Assembly (NCBI RefSeq): GCF_009914755.1
Contig: NC_060932.1
Source of the DNA: the human T2T-CHM13v2.0 reference genome, Homo sapiens
DNA length: 64,000 nucleotides
Strand: one strand, 5' to 3'
Position numbers and translations under genes: made by a program. Under the pieces are notes generated by a model that saw only the letters and a list, made by a program, of their open reading frames with translations, was not told the origin of the DNA and did not search any database. Shown here piece by piece: positions 1-17,431 of the stretch (its first letter is position 1; the number at the start of each line of letters is the position of its first letter).

Positions 1-577
1 AGCTTTGACATAGTTTTTAGTATACTCACATCTTCTATGAGTGTTCCAGTTACTGTGTCTTTTGTCAAGGGTGGTACCCAGAAATAAACAATACCAGAGT
101 ACGTTTGCATGAAGAGTAAAGAAGAACTATCATTTGCTTGGTTCTGGATACTGTATTTCTATTACTGCAGTTTAATATCAAATCACCCCCTTACTTACAT
201 CAGGCTGTTAGTCAACTGATACCCAAGTACAGTTTGCTTATCCACCAAGTGACTGGCTTTTGCACAACAGTTTCACAGTACATCCAATTAAAATTCATGC
301 CTTGGCAAAAATTACAGATAACCAACATGTTATCAACTTTGAAGAGTTATTCCCAAAGTTACAGACTGGAAAAGAAAATGTCAAATGCTTGAACAGAGCT
401 TGCCTTTTTACGTTCACTAGGTTTGGCTCACTCAATGAAATGGATATATCCATCAGATGAACTTCACTTCTACCATCTAAGCACTGCATACCCTGTCACA
501 ATACAACCTGTTCTGTCTATAGTTCTGGTACTCACACGTGCTGTTCTAATGCTGGAGTTATTGTTTATTATAACATA

Positions 578-812
578 CAATGAGTATTCCTTATTCAAAA
601 TCCTTGGGACCAGAAGTATTTTGATTTTTTTTTCTTCAAATTCTGGAATATGTACAGATATATACTTACTAGTTGAGCATCCCAAAACCAAAAATCTGAA
701 GTGTGAAATGCTCCAATGAGCATTTCCTTTGAGTGTTATGTCGTTGCTCAAAATGTTTTGGATTTTGGAGCATTTTGATTTTTGGATTTTCAGATTTGGG
801 ATAGTCAACCTG
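578..812 (-). mobile_element. Tigger4a/MER46A-type MITE (TcMar-Tigger)
   Basis: TA-flanked, ends ...gggatagtcaacctg, internal gaaatgctccaatgagcatttcctttgag matches the recalled consensus. Confidence 0.8.
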
Positions 813-2605
813 TAATGTAACATAAAAATATAACATAATTATTTTGTTATAAATACATAATTGTTCAATAAATATGTGATATATAATATAAAATAGGTTA
901 CAATTATATAATATAAAGATGTTTCATATAAGACATTGGCCATGATTCAATTATAGAGTATATAATATAGAAATAATAATACCACCATTAGTTTCATTTC
1001 CAAAACTTAAAGGGAGTTCGCTACTTTAAAACTTTAAGTGTCTCAGAAGTAAACTCTGAAGGTAGACAATGACTTTAAAAATTATTAGCATCCTATAGTA
1101 ATGTTTTTATATATATATATATCAAGAATTTACTCTGTCTCATATTCCCTACTCATTTTCTTTATATAAAGGATAGCTTCTTGGGTTCAAACTATGTTCT
1201 GTTTTTATATTCTGAAATCCTAAAAACCCTAATGTATTAATAATCAACTAAAATGTAATAAGGCTTCTTTCTTTTCTTCATCTGAAACATGGATGAAAGA
1301 CATTTTTATAACACTGGTCAAAAGAACTAGTGAAATTCTTCTCAGTAACTTTAACAAGAGGTCCAGGTACCTAATTGAATAATTGTAAAATAATATTAAA
1401 ATTACATAGGAAAGGTGCAAAGGACCATTTGACCTGCTACTTTTTCATGTAACTTTTCTATATTTAAAAAATAATTGTAAACTTCTATCAGAGATAATTA
1501 CAATTTAAGCTTTATTTCCTTTCAGATTCTTTATTTGGAAGATCTTAAACATTCTAGGATAATAAAAGCTTTATCAGACTAGATGTTCTTCCAGGAAAAT
1601 TTCAAAATACCATGTTATAATATTTAAGCCCAAAGCTGTGGTTAAAAACAAAAGCCATTTTAATTTAGTACTCTCCATTATTACAAAATGTTAACTAATC
1701 TGAAAGCAAATTTATTGCAATTTAGAAAATATGTCCCTATTTTAAAGGCCACAACTAAATTATTAGTTGTAAAAGGCATACAGGATTAGCAATGTGCTAG
1801 GCCTTCGAATATTAGAATAGAAACTATAAAATGCAAATACATAAAAGCAAGAAAGGGTGATGATTTTGATAGAATAAAATTCTGACAGCATAAACAATAC
1901 TTCAAAACTATCTGAAGTCTATTTTATATACTCTGCTAATTCAGTTAATATGAATACGGATTAAGAAAGAAACTTCCTAAGTAAATATTCTCTCTCAGCT
2001 CACAGAAATGTCAGATTTGCCTGACAGAAGATTCTAAGTCAAATGCAGAGTAGACTCAAAATCAAGCTAACCTCAGACAGAGACTTCAGCTGTCATTAAA
2101 AGGTAGGAATATTTGGAAGTTGTATCATTGGTAATTGGAAATACCATGTTAATCTTCCTATGTAAAAAAAGCTTCTGCCTGAGAAAGCAGCAAGCCTTAA
2201 CATCTGTTCCTATTAGCAACCAGAAAATATTTTATAAACTTCAGGCTAGTTTTTGCCTAACTATAAAGGAAAGCAAATCTCATTCTCTTATTCTTTGCGA
2301 TGTTACAACTCCAGGCCATGAATCAAGAAGAAAAGAAAATGTTACTTAAAAAAAAACAGTTTGACAGCAAATAAAAGGTTGAGACTTTAATGGAAACATA
2401 ATAAGAAAAAAAGTTAAGCAAGAAAAACATGATTGTACTGAAAGTAAATGCAGACAACTGTGTAAATTAGTACATCCTTTTTGGAAGGCAATCTGTCAAA
2501 AAGTTTCTAGAGTCATTAAATTATTTATGACCTGTGATACAGTAATTTCACTTTCAGAAATGTATGCTAAGGAAATATTCTTAGAAATAAAAAAGGCTAG
2601 ATATA

Positions 2606-3945
<1,340 letters not shown>

Positions 3946-5168
3946 TATATGAATATGTCTCTTGAGCATGATCCAAATTAGGCAAAATCCATTGGAAACA
4001 ACCCATTGTAATGAAGTCACATGATGGAAATTTTATGCAGGCATTAAAATAATGAATATGAAGGCTAAGGGAAAAATGTACATAGTGTTAAACAGAAAGA
4101 GCAGGAGATAAAATTAGGGATAATTCAAATGCATATACAATTATTTTTAAGGTATGTACACAAAAGGACAAATAAAAAATTTAATATACTACTATTAATT
4201 ATTGTAGGAAGGTAGGGTTAATGGGTGATTTTCTTAATCTTTTTGCTTTTTTCTAAATGTTTAATGAAACTTGTGTAATAGAATTTGTGAAAACAAAAAA
4301 CTTGATTTAGAAGTAATCAAGAATAAAGACAGCATAAATTATTTCTAGAATATCCTGATTAAAGTCAATATCACAGATTACAGAGTAATTCAGTTTAAAG
4401 TAGATATATTTTAAAAAATCAAATATATTTGTTTAATGTGTACAAGGGCCTTGTGGTAAATCAACTTGACGTAAGATATATTTCATTCTATGTAGCAGAT
4501 GAGCAGTAATTTGGTAATTTTAAACATTTCAAAAAGAAACATATAATTTAGACACTTTTTTAAAAAGCGATTAAAAGAGCCTTCCTACTCTCTCATGTAT
4601 GCAATTAAATTACTTGGCAGTTTCTGTGGTATAATTCATAATGATTTTCATATATTATTAAATTTATAAAAATACCATTTGTCTTTTCTCCTTTCTCTAG
4701 CTTATATATGAAGAGAGATTTAAAATTCTGAACCAAGAAAAGTTCTAAATTAAAATAAGTACAAAAATTAAGATTTTATCCAATATTATTTCCCATTATA
4801 TAACAACTAGATACATACTTTTTGATAATTTAACTACAATTTCTTATGCCAACCCTGTAGCATCAGAACGAGCAAAAAGGCAAAGATTTATCTTTCCTGG
4901 CAAGGATTTGAGGAGGAAGAAGATGGAAATAAACAGAATATTAAAAACAGAACAAATTATTCCAAGTACAAGAACCAAAAATATATTATTAATTAGAAAT
5001 TAGTAATTCCCCCAAAAATTCATGAGTAAACAAAATGAAGCCCTTAATACTATGCCTAATAAGAAAAGTTAATATTAATTCATTTACTACTCACCAGATA
5101 TTTTAACTAGGCTTTTTACAAATTCATATTCTAACTTAATGTTCATTATTTGCCATAATGTGCCTTAG

Positions 5169-7345
<2,177 letters not shown>

Positions 7346-7501
7346 AAGACCATATTATAGGTACAGTTTGCACATTTACTTCTGCTATTAAGTGATAAGT
7401 TCCTTCAGATAATATTTTACTCACCACTTACTTCCACCCTCCTTGGCACAAGGTCCTATCAGGTGCTTGATACATGTTAAATGAATTGAATTCATTGCCA
7501 A

Positions 7502-7632
7502 CAGGGTGACTATACAGCCTGATTTGTCCAGAACAGTCCTGGTTTTGTCACTGGTGCAGCATAATTAAAAATAATATATTATTTCGCTTTCAAAGTGTCC
7601 TGATTTGGAAAATAAATTACCTGATAACACTA
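7502..7632 (+). mobile_element. MER94-like hAT-Blackjack MITE
   Basis: agggtgactata...gatttgtccagaacagtcctggttt...aaagtgtcctgatttggaaaataaatta resembles the recalled MER94 consensus. Confidence 0.6.
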
Positions 7633-7987
7633 GGTGCAGACAATTAAAATTCTTTCTAAAATCATCAATATACTTTCCAAAGTGCAAACGACAATCCAGC
7701 AGGGCACTGAGCACCGGCAAATGGAGTAGCAGAGGTGAAAAGAGCAGGGGAAGAGCAGAAATAGATGGCAGCACAGAATACTGAAGCATCTCACCATTTC
7801 TGTGGCTTGCTGATCTCAACAGAAAGCAAGTCCTGCATTTTGAGATTCTTCCAAAGGCTAGCTCTCTATTTAGACCAGCACTGAAGGGGCCCTACTTTCT
7901 ACTGGGGATGCAAGGATTTCAGAAAGCTTATACTCTATTAAACATTACATCTATAGCTCCGTACTGGCCACAGAAAAAATACAATGA

Positions 7988-8344
<357 letters not shown>

Positions 8345-8516
8345 TTATTTTTAATAATATAATTGGAATAGATTTCATGTATTATTCTTCTCATTCTGTT
8401 AGAAAGATTTTGTAAGATGAGACTTTAGAAAAAATAAGCCATGAATAAGGTTTTACTCACTTCTGAAATGGAGTATTTTATTAACGTATAAATATATTTA
8501 ATTAAAACACACATTT

Positions 8517-8902
8517 TGTTATGGCCTGAAATGTGTTGCCTCCAAAACTCATATTTTAGAGTCTAACCCTAGTACATCAGAACGTAACTGGATTTGGAGA
8601 GAGAGTCTTTACAGAGTTAAAGAGTTAAAGTTAAAATGAGGTCATATGTGTGGCCCTAATCCAATGACTGGTGTCCTTATAAGAAGAGGAGATCAGGACA
8701 GCACACACAGAGGGGAGACTATGTGAAGACAGTAAGAAGACACCCATTTATAAGCCAAAGAAAAAGAACTCAGAAGAAACCAACCCTGCTGACACCTGGA
8801 TCTCAGAATTCTAGCCTGCAAAACAGTGAGAAAATAAATTTATGTTGTTTAAGTTACCTAGAACGGGACGTCTTGTTATGGTAGCCCTAGAAAACTAATA
8901 CA
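8517..8902 (+). mobile_element. MaLR solo LTR (MLT1A/B-like)
   Basis: tg...ca termini, ccctaatccaatgactggtgtccttataagaagagg core, aataaa, ending gccctagaaaactaataca. Confidence 0.8.
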
Positions 8903-9139
8903 TATTTCTAAATGTGTATCTGAAATTCAGAAGAAAAAAAAGATTAAAAAATGTAAAATATCTTTACTGCTGATTTCTTTCTTCAAACAGAAATTTATTT
9001 AAGGGTATTATCAATGCTCAAGAAGAGCCTAGTGGTCTAATCACAAGTAAACAGCTAAAAATAAGTATAATCTAAAATTCAGAATGTAGTACTATATCTA
9101 TCTAAATTTCCAAATTTTCATAAGTTCTCATACTCTGTA

Positions 9140-10192
9140 ATAATCTGCATAACTCAGCAAATCTGCATTTGCAAGTGATCAATGCACATTATAAAAACAT
9201 ACATGGTAAGAAAATTGATTCAAAGGGTAAGAAAGACCCAATTAGATTTTAATGTAACAGAGCACAAAACGCTCAATGATATGGCTTCAGATTCCACATT
9301 GCAACTAACCTTAAAGAAACTACCTCGTGTTGAGTTTTGGTGTAGTATCATAGAATATTCACCATTATCTGAAAAAGGCTATTAAAATATTCCTTTCTTT
9401 TCCAATTATACGTCACTGTGAGGCTGGCCTGTCTCCTAGTATGTCAAACAAAACATGATGTTGCAAAAGACTGAATGCGGAAACAGATATGAGAATCTAG
9501 CTATTTTCTTTTAAGTCAATCATTACTTTATAAAATTATAAAACAATGCTGTTCTTATTGTTTTTTGTTTTGAAATATATATTTTTCATAAAACCATACT
9601 ACATATTGATGTAAACATGCAATAGGTTACTGTTATTTTTAATTGAACTAATGAGTTTTAAAACAAATTCTCAGTTTTAATTTCTAACATAGTAAATATT
9701 GGTAGCTGTAGCCCATATAAACAAAAACTCTTTTAAGTCCTTGTTACAGACTGAATTGTGTCCCCCCTCAAGCCCATATGTGGAAGCCCTAACTCCCAAT
9801 GTGACTGTATTTGGAGACACAGCCTTTAAGGAGGTAACTGAGGTTAAATGAGGTCATAAGGATGGGACCCTAATACCATAGGACTCATGTTCTTATTAGA
9901 AGAAGAGGCACAAGAGACCTCTTGCTTTCTCTGAACATTCATAGAAAAAAGGCCATGTGAGGACACAATGAGAAGGTGGCCATCTACAGGCCAGGAAAAG
10001 AGGTCTCACCAGGGACCAACCCTGCCAGCACTTTGATGTTGGACTTTCAGAACTGTGAGAAAAACTGATGTCTGTTATTTAAGCCATCCACAGTAGTATT
10101 TTGTTGCAGCAGCACACGTAGACTAAAACAGGCCTCAGTAGTTTTTAAAAGTTTATAATGGGTCCTGAGACCAAAACTTTTGAAAACTACTA
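9140..10192 (+). mobile_element. Charlie1-type hAT transposon, 3' part (transposase dimerisation-domain remnant), split by an MLT1 LTR
   Basis: ORF 9182-9385 ends ...EFWCSIIEYSPLSEK (hAT C-terminal motif). Terminus gggtcctgagaccaaaacttttgaaaactact. Confidence 0.75.
9742..10130 (+). mobile_element. MaLR solo LTR (MLT1A0/B-like) nested in Charlie1
   Basis: tgtt...aaca termini, 5-bp TSD gtcct/ggcct at 9737-9741 and 10131-10135. Confidence 0.82.
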
Positions 10193-11401
10193 AATTAAAC
10201 AGTAACCATTTGGTTGTATAAATTAAAATGTTTGTAAACAAACATACTTTATAGTTACAACTTGGAAAAGTAATTATAATTCTCATTAACTATTCAAAAT
10301 GCAAAGAAAAAGGGAGAAGGCCATCTTTAAAATAACCTTACTGTTATTTGATAAATACAATTATATATCATTTGAGAATGTATTTTTAAAAAAGTGAAAC
10401 AAACTATGAAAAAAAATTGATGCAGGCACTGAAGCACTTGCTTTGCGTTTTCAGGAAACTAGGCTTGTTGGGCTTGATGTGTTTGACTAGGGCACACTAA
10501 CCCTTAGAGTATTTGTTAAGTCTATTAACTTTCTGAATACAAAGTCAGACATAAAACAAAAGAACAGGATTTGCTTCATGTGAGGAAAAAAGAACCAAAC
10601 AAATTACAAGATGACACAAAGAAGTTAATCAATGGATTGATAAATACACTAAGTACAGTTTTAACCACACAAAACTTATCAATATAGGGAAATAATAAAT
10701 GAACAGTAAGAAAACCTATTTCAATATATGCAAAAATAAATATTTTAGTTCTCCTAGTAACTGTGGTTGACAGCAAAAATGGTAACGGAGCTGTGGAAGT
10801 GGCCTAAGAATAAAAATTTTAGTAGTTATAAGTCTTTAAGTAATTATAAAGTTATAAAGTAATTACAAGTTATAAAAGCCTAGATGAGTATAAAAAATAC
10901 ATTAACCACAATGATGAATTTCTGAATTTCATGGACACAAGTATACTGTGTTGCTTTTAACAGCAAATAAACTGTGCGCTCAAATACAATAGTTATATGT
11001 AGAGTAGTACTATAAAAATCAAGCAAAAAGCTTAATTTCTAAGGCTCTAATCCTAGGGATAGCATTCAAAATCACATTTCAGTAAATTTCATGTCACATA
11101 ACTTTGTATGGAAAGAAAATACTAATTCAACTTGAGCTAACTTTTCTCTAGGTTCAATGTTTGTATGAAAAAATAATTATGCAGTCCGTTTGGAAAAGTA
11201 TAATCAATCCATGGGCATGCAAGTATCAGTTTTATCTTATGAGAATTTCTCCATGTTCCAGTTACTTCATTCCTTATTACATGCTGCAAAAAGCAGTAAT
11301 AATTTTTATAGCCAAATATCACTTCGTAAGATACCAGGTGGCTTTCAATATTTACCATATAAGTCATGCATGAAATTTAAACATTACAAAAAATGACTTA
11401 C

Positions 11402-11458
11402 CAGTTGACACTCCTGAAATATGCACATTTTCAGAATGTTCTGCAAGAGCACCATTTC
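11402..11458 (-). CDS. LRP12: LRP12 (LDL receptor-related protein 12) exon 2, 57-bp symmetric phase 1-1 cassette exon
   Basis: Minus strand reads ...tttaattttag|GAAATGGTGCTCTTGCAGAACATTCTGAAAATGTGCATATTTCAGGAGTGTCAACTG|gtaagt. It has canonical AG/GT sites and translates to (G)NGALAEHSENVHISGVST(A), which matches the recalled LRP12 N-terminus ...LAGVYGNGALAEHSENVHISGVSTACGETPEQ. Confidence 0.93.
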
Positions 11459-12894
11459 CTAAAATTAAACATAATGAATAAACTAATATCCAAGATAAAA
11501 TTACAAAATTTTTTCAGATCCTCCCTTTAAAAGAGAAACAACTACATAGAGTTCCTTTTAATACAGAGAAGCTAAAGTTTCTTATAATAATCTTCAAGAC
11601 AATACTAGGAAGCTCAAAATCATAATAGTAATGGGGAAAACAAACATTTTGGAAATCTCAACAAGGTAGTGTTATATATAAAGGTCAAATAGATAGATCT
11701 GATCAACACCAGAAAGAATTTTCTATCAATTAATAATCAAAAGGGAAGTCAGTACTGCTACAAGAAAAAAGAGAACACAGCTTGTTAAAAATAGCATTCC
11801 CCTAAAAGCGTGTCCAAATCAGCCACAAGTCGGTGTAATATCTGTCAGGGCCACATATGTTGGTACTTAAAAAAAAAAAAAAAAAGTCTTGCATTGTCTT
11901 CTAAATCTTCAAAAAAATCTTTCAAATTTTTCTCACCAACAATTCTAACAATCTTAAGTATTGCGAATATTTACTCCCTCAAATTAATGTAAGCAATGTC
12001 TCTTCAGATATTTGTCTTAAAATTTTGTATTTTATACATCATTAGTTCTAAAGGTTTCTCTCTTTACCCATTAGTTGGATCTGGCATCACAACAGCTCAG
12101 AAACCGAACAGACAAAGAATTCTCCTTGGAGTCAGGTGGGGAAGGAAGCTAGTCAGAAAAAGCTTAGAAGGCAAAAGCAGAATTTTCTTTCATGGTTGAG
12201 AGTGGAGAAAATAGCAAATATTGTAATTAACAACTTTTTGTTTACAAGTATCACACTTCTATAATTGCTTGAATATTGTATTGCACCCCCCACCCCAATG
12301 CACTAAGCTGTAGGAGAACAGAATTTGTGTTTATTTGGCTCCCCACTGTAGGCACAGTTCCTGATACAGAGGAGGCGCACAAATAGCTGAAAGATGAATG
12401 AGGGATGTCCTGATGATTAAAATGAAATCATGCCCATTAAGCACTTGATATAGTGCCTGGCACATAGCATTGAACAGGTGTTGATTTTTGTAACTGTGTA
12501 AAGTATATTATTGTTACTAAAGAAAAAATAACAGTGATAAAACAATATTTTTGGTTCAACTACAGTTATACCCTTCAAAATGAAAACATACATTATATTT
12601 CCCTCAATTAAGAATGAAACAGTGGAAATGATGAGATAGGTGGGAAGGCCATATTAAGTATACAAATAAATGATTATATTCATTTTAAGTACTCTGCACT
12701 GATGCCAAAAAAGGCACAATTTCTTTTTCTCATTTATTGTTAAATGTCACACATACAGAATTGAAATGACCAGAAAGACTGTACCCATTTCTTTACCACA
12801 CAAAAATTATAAAAACAGGCAGCAGAAACAAAACATGAAACTGATTCAATAAAACACCTAAGAAGGTTTGCCAAAGGTCAGTATAAACTGCCTA

Positions 12895-13044
12895 AATCCT
12901 TGCTACTCACGAGTAGACTAGCAGTACTGGCCACCTTGGGAGTGTGCTAGAAATGCAGAGACTCAGGCTCATTCCAGATTATGGAATCTGAATTTATATG
13001 CACACTTAGTGATCTATATGCACATTAAAGTTTAAGAAGCACTG
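12895..13044. mobile_element. MER5A-like hAT MITE
   Basis: tagaaatgcaga...ctcaggc...gaatctgaattt...gcacattaaagtttaagaagcactg. Confidence 0.7.
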
Positions 13045-13182
13045 GCAAGGTTTGGGCTTAAATCTTCTACTTCTATATTATACATTGCTACAAATCACAG
13101 TTACATAATTTGTGATACTAATGTTTCCAGTATCTGTAAGATAGCATATTATGCCCAGGAGAGTTTTAATATCAGATTTTAC

Positions 13183-13310
13183 TTTTTTAAAAAAGAGACA
13201 GGGTCTGACTATGTTGCCCAGGCTGGACTAGAACTCTTGGGCTCAAGCAATCCTCCTACCTTAGCTTCCTGAGCAGCTGGGACTACAGGAGTGTACTATC
13301 ACACCCAGTT
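13183..13310 (-). mobile_element. FLAM (free left Alu monomer)
   Basis: gagacagggtct..ctatgttgcccaggctgg...gggctcaagcaatcctcc...ctgggactacagg; single monomer. Confidence 0.8.
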
Positions 13311-13379
13311 TAGATATATTTTAAACATGAAATCTTTTTTCCAGTTTGGTAAACAGAGCAAAAACAGAAGGCAAAAAAC

Positions 13380-13545
13380 CAGCATAATGTAATATTGAAG
13401 ATTGTGGATTCTGAGCTATATTGCCAGGATTCTAAAACCAGCTCCATTACTTCTTGCTGTGCAATTTAGGGCAAGTTACCCAATCTCTCTGTGCCTCAAT
13501 TTCATGTTTTAAAATGGAGATAATACCTACCTTATAGGGCTTAGT
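13380..13545 (+). mobile_element. MIR SINE
   Basis: Core ...gggcaagttacccaatctctctgtgcctcaatttc...aaaatggagataat. Confidence 0.7.
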
Positions 13546-15599
13546 GAAATTCTTTATAATAGCAAAAAAAAAAAAAAAAATCTAAAACTATTATCAACAT
13601 GCACAGGAATAAACTGATACAGCCTTATAATAAAATATTCAATAAACAAATAATTATATATGTACTAACTTGGATAGATACACATATTAAATTAAAAATG
13701 TTTCAGATGAGCAGTAAAGTATGATTTAATTTTAACTTTAAAATTATGTATGTATAGTTTATAATATGCAGATGTTAAACATGTCATATGTATGTCTATG
13801 CATTTATATAAACACTGATGAGCCTAAGGGTATAACACTGATGTGGAGGAAAACCTCTGGAACTGGAATTAGAGAGGAAGATTTGAATTGTATACTTTAG
13901 CATTGGCCAAATTTGTTACAAACAGGCACAGATTTCTTTAAAAATTTTATTTATATTACAAAAAAGGAGAAACAGGTGAACAGAATATATAGTTCATTCC
14001 CATCATTCTGGATAAACAGAAATCTGGTAAATATCATGCTAATTATAACATATTAAAATTTCATTAAAGTATTAATGATTTTAAAAACTGGTTAACACTT
14101 TAAAACAGAAAACATGATACTGCTAATTAATTTCCCACACATTTACTCTAGCTTAAAAACAATACTATTTAGAAGTTAAAAGAAATCAATGATAATTTCT
14201 GTTAACATCAAAGTGATGTTTCTGCTTCTGAACATCACTTGAAGAAGTGGGCTACTTAATTTATGTGTACTACCATTCTAAAAAATATGTTTATGAAGAT
14301 GTCACTTTCAATTATTTCTAGGTTACCAGTAGATAGCCCAAAGAAAATCGCTTTGTTAACACAAAGCAAATTACATTCTCCTTAATGCCCCCTCCCAAAC
14401 CCCAAGAAAATTTCATATATATGAATATGAACACCCACCACCAATCTTACTATGACTAGTGTTCAAATGCAGCCATGTCAGATATTTTTTCAGACGTCAC
14501 CCTTTAGAGGTAGCAAATACTAAAAAAAAAAAAAAGTCTGATAAAACATTACTTCTTTAACTACACATTAGCAGCTAATTATGTAATGAACCAGTTAAGT
14601 AGATAAACCCTAAAAAAGATTTTTCACGTACGAAAAAGTTTGATTATCACCTAAATCAGAAAATAGTTTGTTATAACAATTTTTTGGTCTCACTAAACAC
14701 CAAGAAGTAATCAACCAACCCCATTTATTGCTTTCTGTAGTTTTGACTACAATATGAGAGAGAATCAACTAAAATAGATGCTGCTTTAGGAAAGAAACTA
14801 TACAACAGTGATATGAAGTTTAAGTTCTAGAGTCAGACTCCTGTAATAAAATCCCAGCTCTACTATTTATATAGTCATGAACTTCAAATGACTCCTAAGA
14901 TTCAGTTTGCTCACTTATATAATGGGGATGTTATCATAAGAGAATGTCTAAATTTATAGTCTGTGCATCCCTGTTGCTTTATTAACTTTGTCTTCTTTTA
15001 TATATTTCTGTCCTTTTTATTTAAGAACTAAAGTTCTTAAGAATAGCTAATAAATACACCTAAGATTTGATAGCTATGTACCAGCCAAATCCTAAGTGCC
15101 TTACAAGCGTTCACTCAGCTAATCCTTAAAACAACAGTTCATTTTACAAATGAGAAAACCAAAGCTTCTAGTAGTTTGGTAATTTTTTTTTCCAAAGAGC
15201 TAGTAACTGCGTGGATTGAACATTCAAATACACAGTCATTAAAAAGTCTGTATTCCTCACCTCTTAAAAAGATTTCAGGTTCAATACTAATTCCCACATT
15301 AAAAAGTTTGTGTTCCTTACTTTTTTTAAAAAAGGATTCAGACATGAATATATTTCTTGCTTGTAAAAGAAATAGTGCTTAGCTCTCAGAATTAAAATCT
15401 ACCTGCCACAGCATTCCAATTTGAAAGAAAAACATTGGTTTAAAAGTTAAATGACTGTCAGCTACAAGAAATGAAAATGCTCAGCTTCCTACAATTTCTT
15501 TTCTACTGCTCAGTGAGAATAGTTATCAAATATAAACACATATATAAACATATAAACCAAAAAAGCAAAGATGGTTCCTATTTTATTGTACTTAAGGGA

Positions 15600-16030
15600 A
15601 AAGTTCATAATCCTAATAGGGCTTGCCAAGCTCTCCACAGTCCGATTCTTCCTAACTACTTCTAAATCTTTACCTCTTGTGACCCACTTTCCCATTCTAT
15701 CTCTTCTTTCCAGTAATAATGGATCTCCTTTAGAAAAGTATCAACTGTCTCTCTTGCCTTTGGATTTTCATTAAACATTATTTCTTTAGGGAGGTATCTC
15801 TTGATTCTCCCATACTAGGTTAGGTCATTCTGTTATAGACTCCTTTAGTATCTGACACTGTCACTTTTTGAAAATTTATCACATTTGTTTTATCTGTGTA
15901 ATGCCTATATTCCTTACTAGATCTTAATTTTGGGGTGGGGGGAGTATTCTGATGGGACACAGCAGGGTTTTGTTTTGCAACCCCAGCGACTAGTACAAAA
16001 CATAACACATAGCAGGGAATACTTAGTCCA
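15600..16030 (+). mobile_element. L2 3' fragment, degraded
   Basis: Typical L2 3' text (ttttgttttgcaaccccagcgactagtacaaa...acatagcagg); boundaries approximate. Confidence 0.45.
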
Positions 16031-16139
16031 TGTAAGTAAGAGGCATGCAGAATCCCTGCTCCTGAAGAGTTGGTAGTCTGTTGACAAAATAATTGAAAAT
16101 ATATAAAACAGAAGCAAACAAAATATAATTAGCAAGCTT

Positions 16140-17402
16140 CTTATTCAAGGGGAAAGCCTAGAGGCTTTTCTACTAAAAATAGGGATGAGGACAGGAGTGG
16201 CCACTATAGTTACTAATATTAGACAGTGCGATTAGACAAGAATTGTTTTAAAAAAAAAGTAAAACTGTGTCCATGTGCAGATTATATCTACTTGGAAAAC
16301 CCAAGACAGTCAATAGAAAAATAACTATAAAGAACAGGAAAATTTAGTAAGGTAGTAGGATATAAAATAAGCATACAGAAATCCAAAGCATTTGTAAATA
16401 TAAACAATAGCCAGTTGGAAGACATGGCAGAAGACCCCATTTTCAGTTGCAATGAAAAAAGATTAAAAGAAAAAGCTCATGGAACTGCTGCTGGTTATAA
16501 AAGAGGAATTAGCAACAGATCAGCAATTCTGCTGTGAACAATTAAGAAAACAGAAAAATATGTAAAAAAAAAAAAATCAGACACTGGGCAACAGGCAATG
16601 TAAGACTGTGATCCCTGAGAAAAGGGAAACAAATTAAGGTGAGTCCTATTACTGCCCTTTCTGCCTGGAGACTTCCTGGACTCTGGCATATTGAGGGAGA
16701 ACCCAAGCAAAGCAGGGAGATCTTGCTAAGCTGAGGAGACAGAGATGAGAGTTTAGAGGGGCTCAGGCAACAGAAACATTGAGAGTATCAGTATCAGTTT
16801 TTTAAGACAACAACACAAAAAACAAAAACCTCCAAAATTTGCATCACGGTCCTAGTCTTAGGCTGAATGTCAAGCTGCACATGTGTAAGGTGACACCATA
16901 TAAGAATAGGCAAAGAACTACCACTGAAAGCTTAAATAAACACTTCCATCTCACAAATCTGGAAGACGCTAAAGTTCTGACCAGCAAGAGAGAGCTCCAA
17001 AGTGGAGAGACCTTGATAAACACATGGGTATTACCAGACCAGGAAGTCCACCCACACCTTAGGAGTAGAGCTAACTGCCAAGTAAAAGCTACTCTGTAAT
17101 TATCCTAGCAAAGCTTTAAAACAAGCTTCAACTAGAACTCTCAAAAATTGCCAGTGGGAATATAAAATAGTACAACCACTTTGGAAAACAGTTCTTTCAA
17201 GATGAACATATAGATATATGACCTAACAATTCCACAACTAGGTAAGGGAAATGAAATCATATAAAAAAGACAAAAAAGAATTCCAAAAACATAGAGTAAA
17301 AGAAGTAACACAAAAGTATTCATTCTGTACGATTCTATTCTGTTCTATAAAGTTCTAGAACAGGAAACAATAATCTATAGTGACAGAGAGATCAGTGGTT
17401 GC
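16140..17402 (+). mobile_element. Mosaic of old L1M fragments (ORF2 piece, 5'-region piece, L1ME-like 3' end)
   Basis: ggggaaagcctagaggcttttct..., gtgggaatataaaatagtacaaccactttggaaaacag, and gtgacagagagatcagtggttgcctg. Confidence 0.55.
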
Positions 17403-17431
17403 CTGATCTCTCTGTGTGTTATTTTGTCAGG

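Noticed and set aside
4452-4475. Adjacent RUNX-like TGTGGT and CRE-like TGACGTAA in non-repetitive sequence
   Set aside because: Short motifs alone cannot support an enhancer call without conservation or chromatin data.
8452-8470. Minus-strand donor-like gtgagta (also at about 61505-61511)
   Set aside because: No convincing acceptor or ORF partner and no match to LRP12 protein; treated as decoy splice sites.
14204-14240. 10-bp hairpin aagtgatgtt/aacatcactt and a TCF/LEF-like ACATCAAAG
   Set aside because: About one such hairpin and motif is expected by chance in 64 kb of AT-rich DNA; no supporting context.
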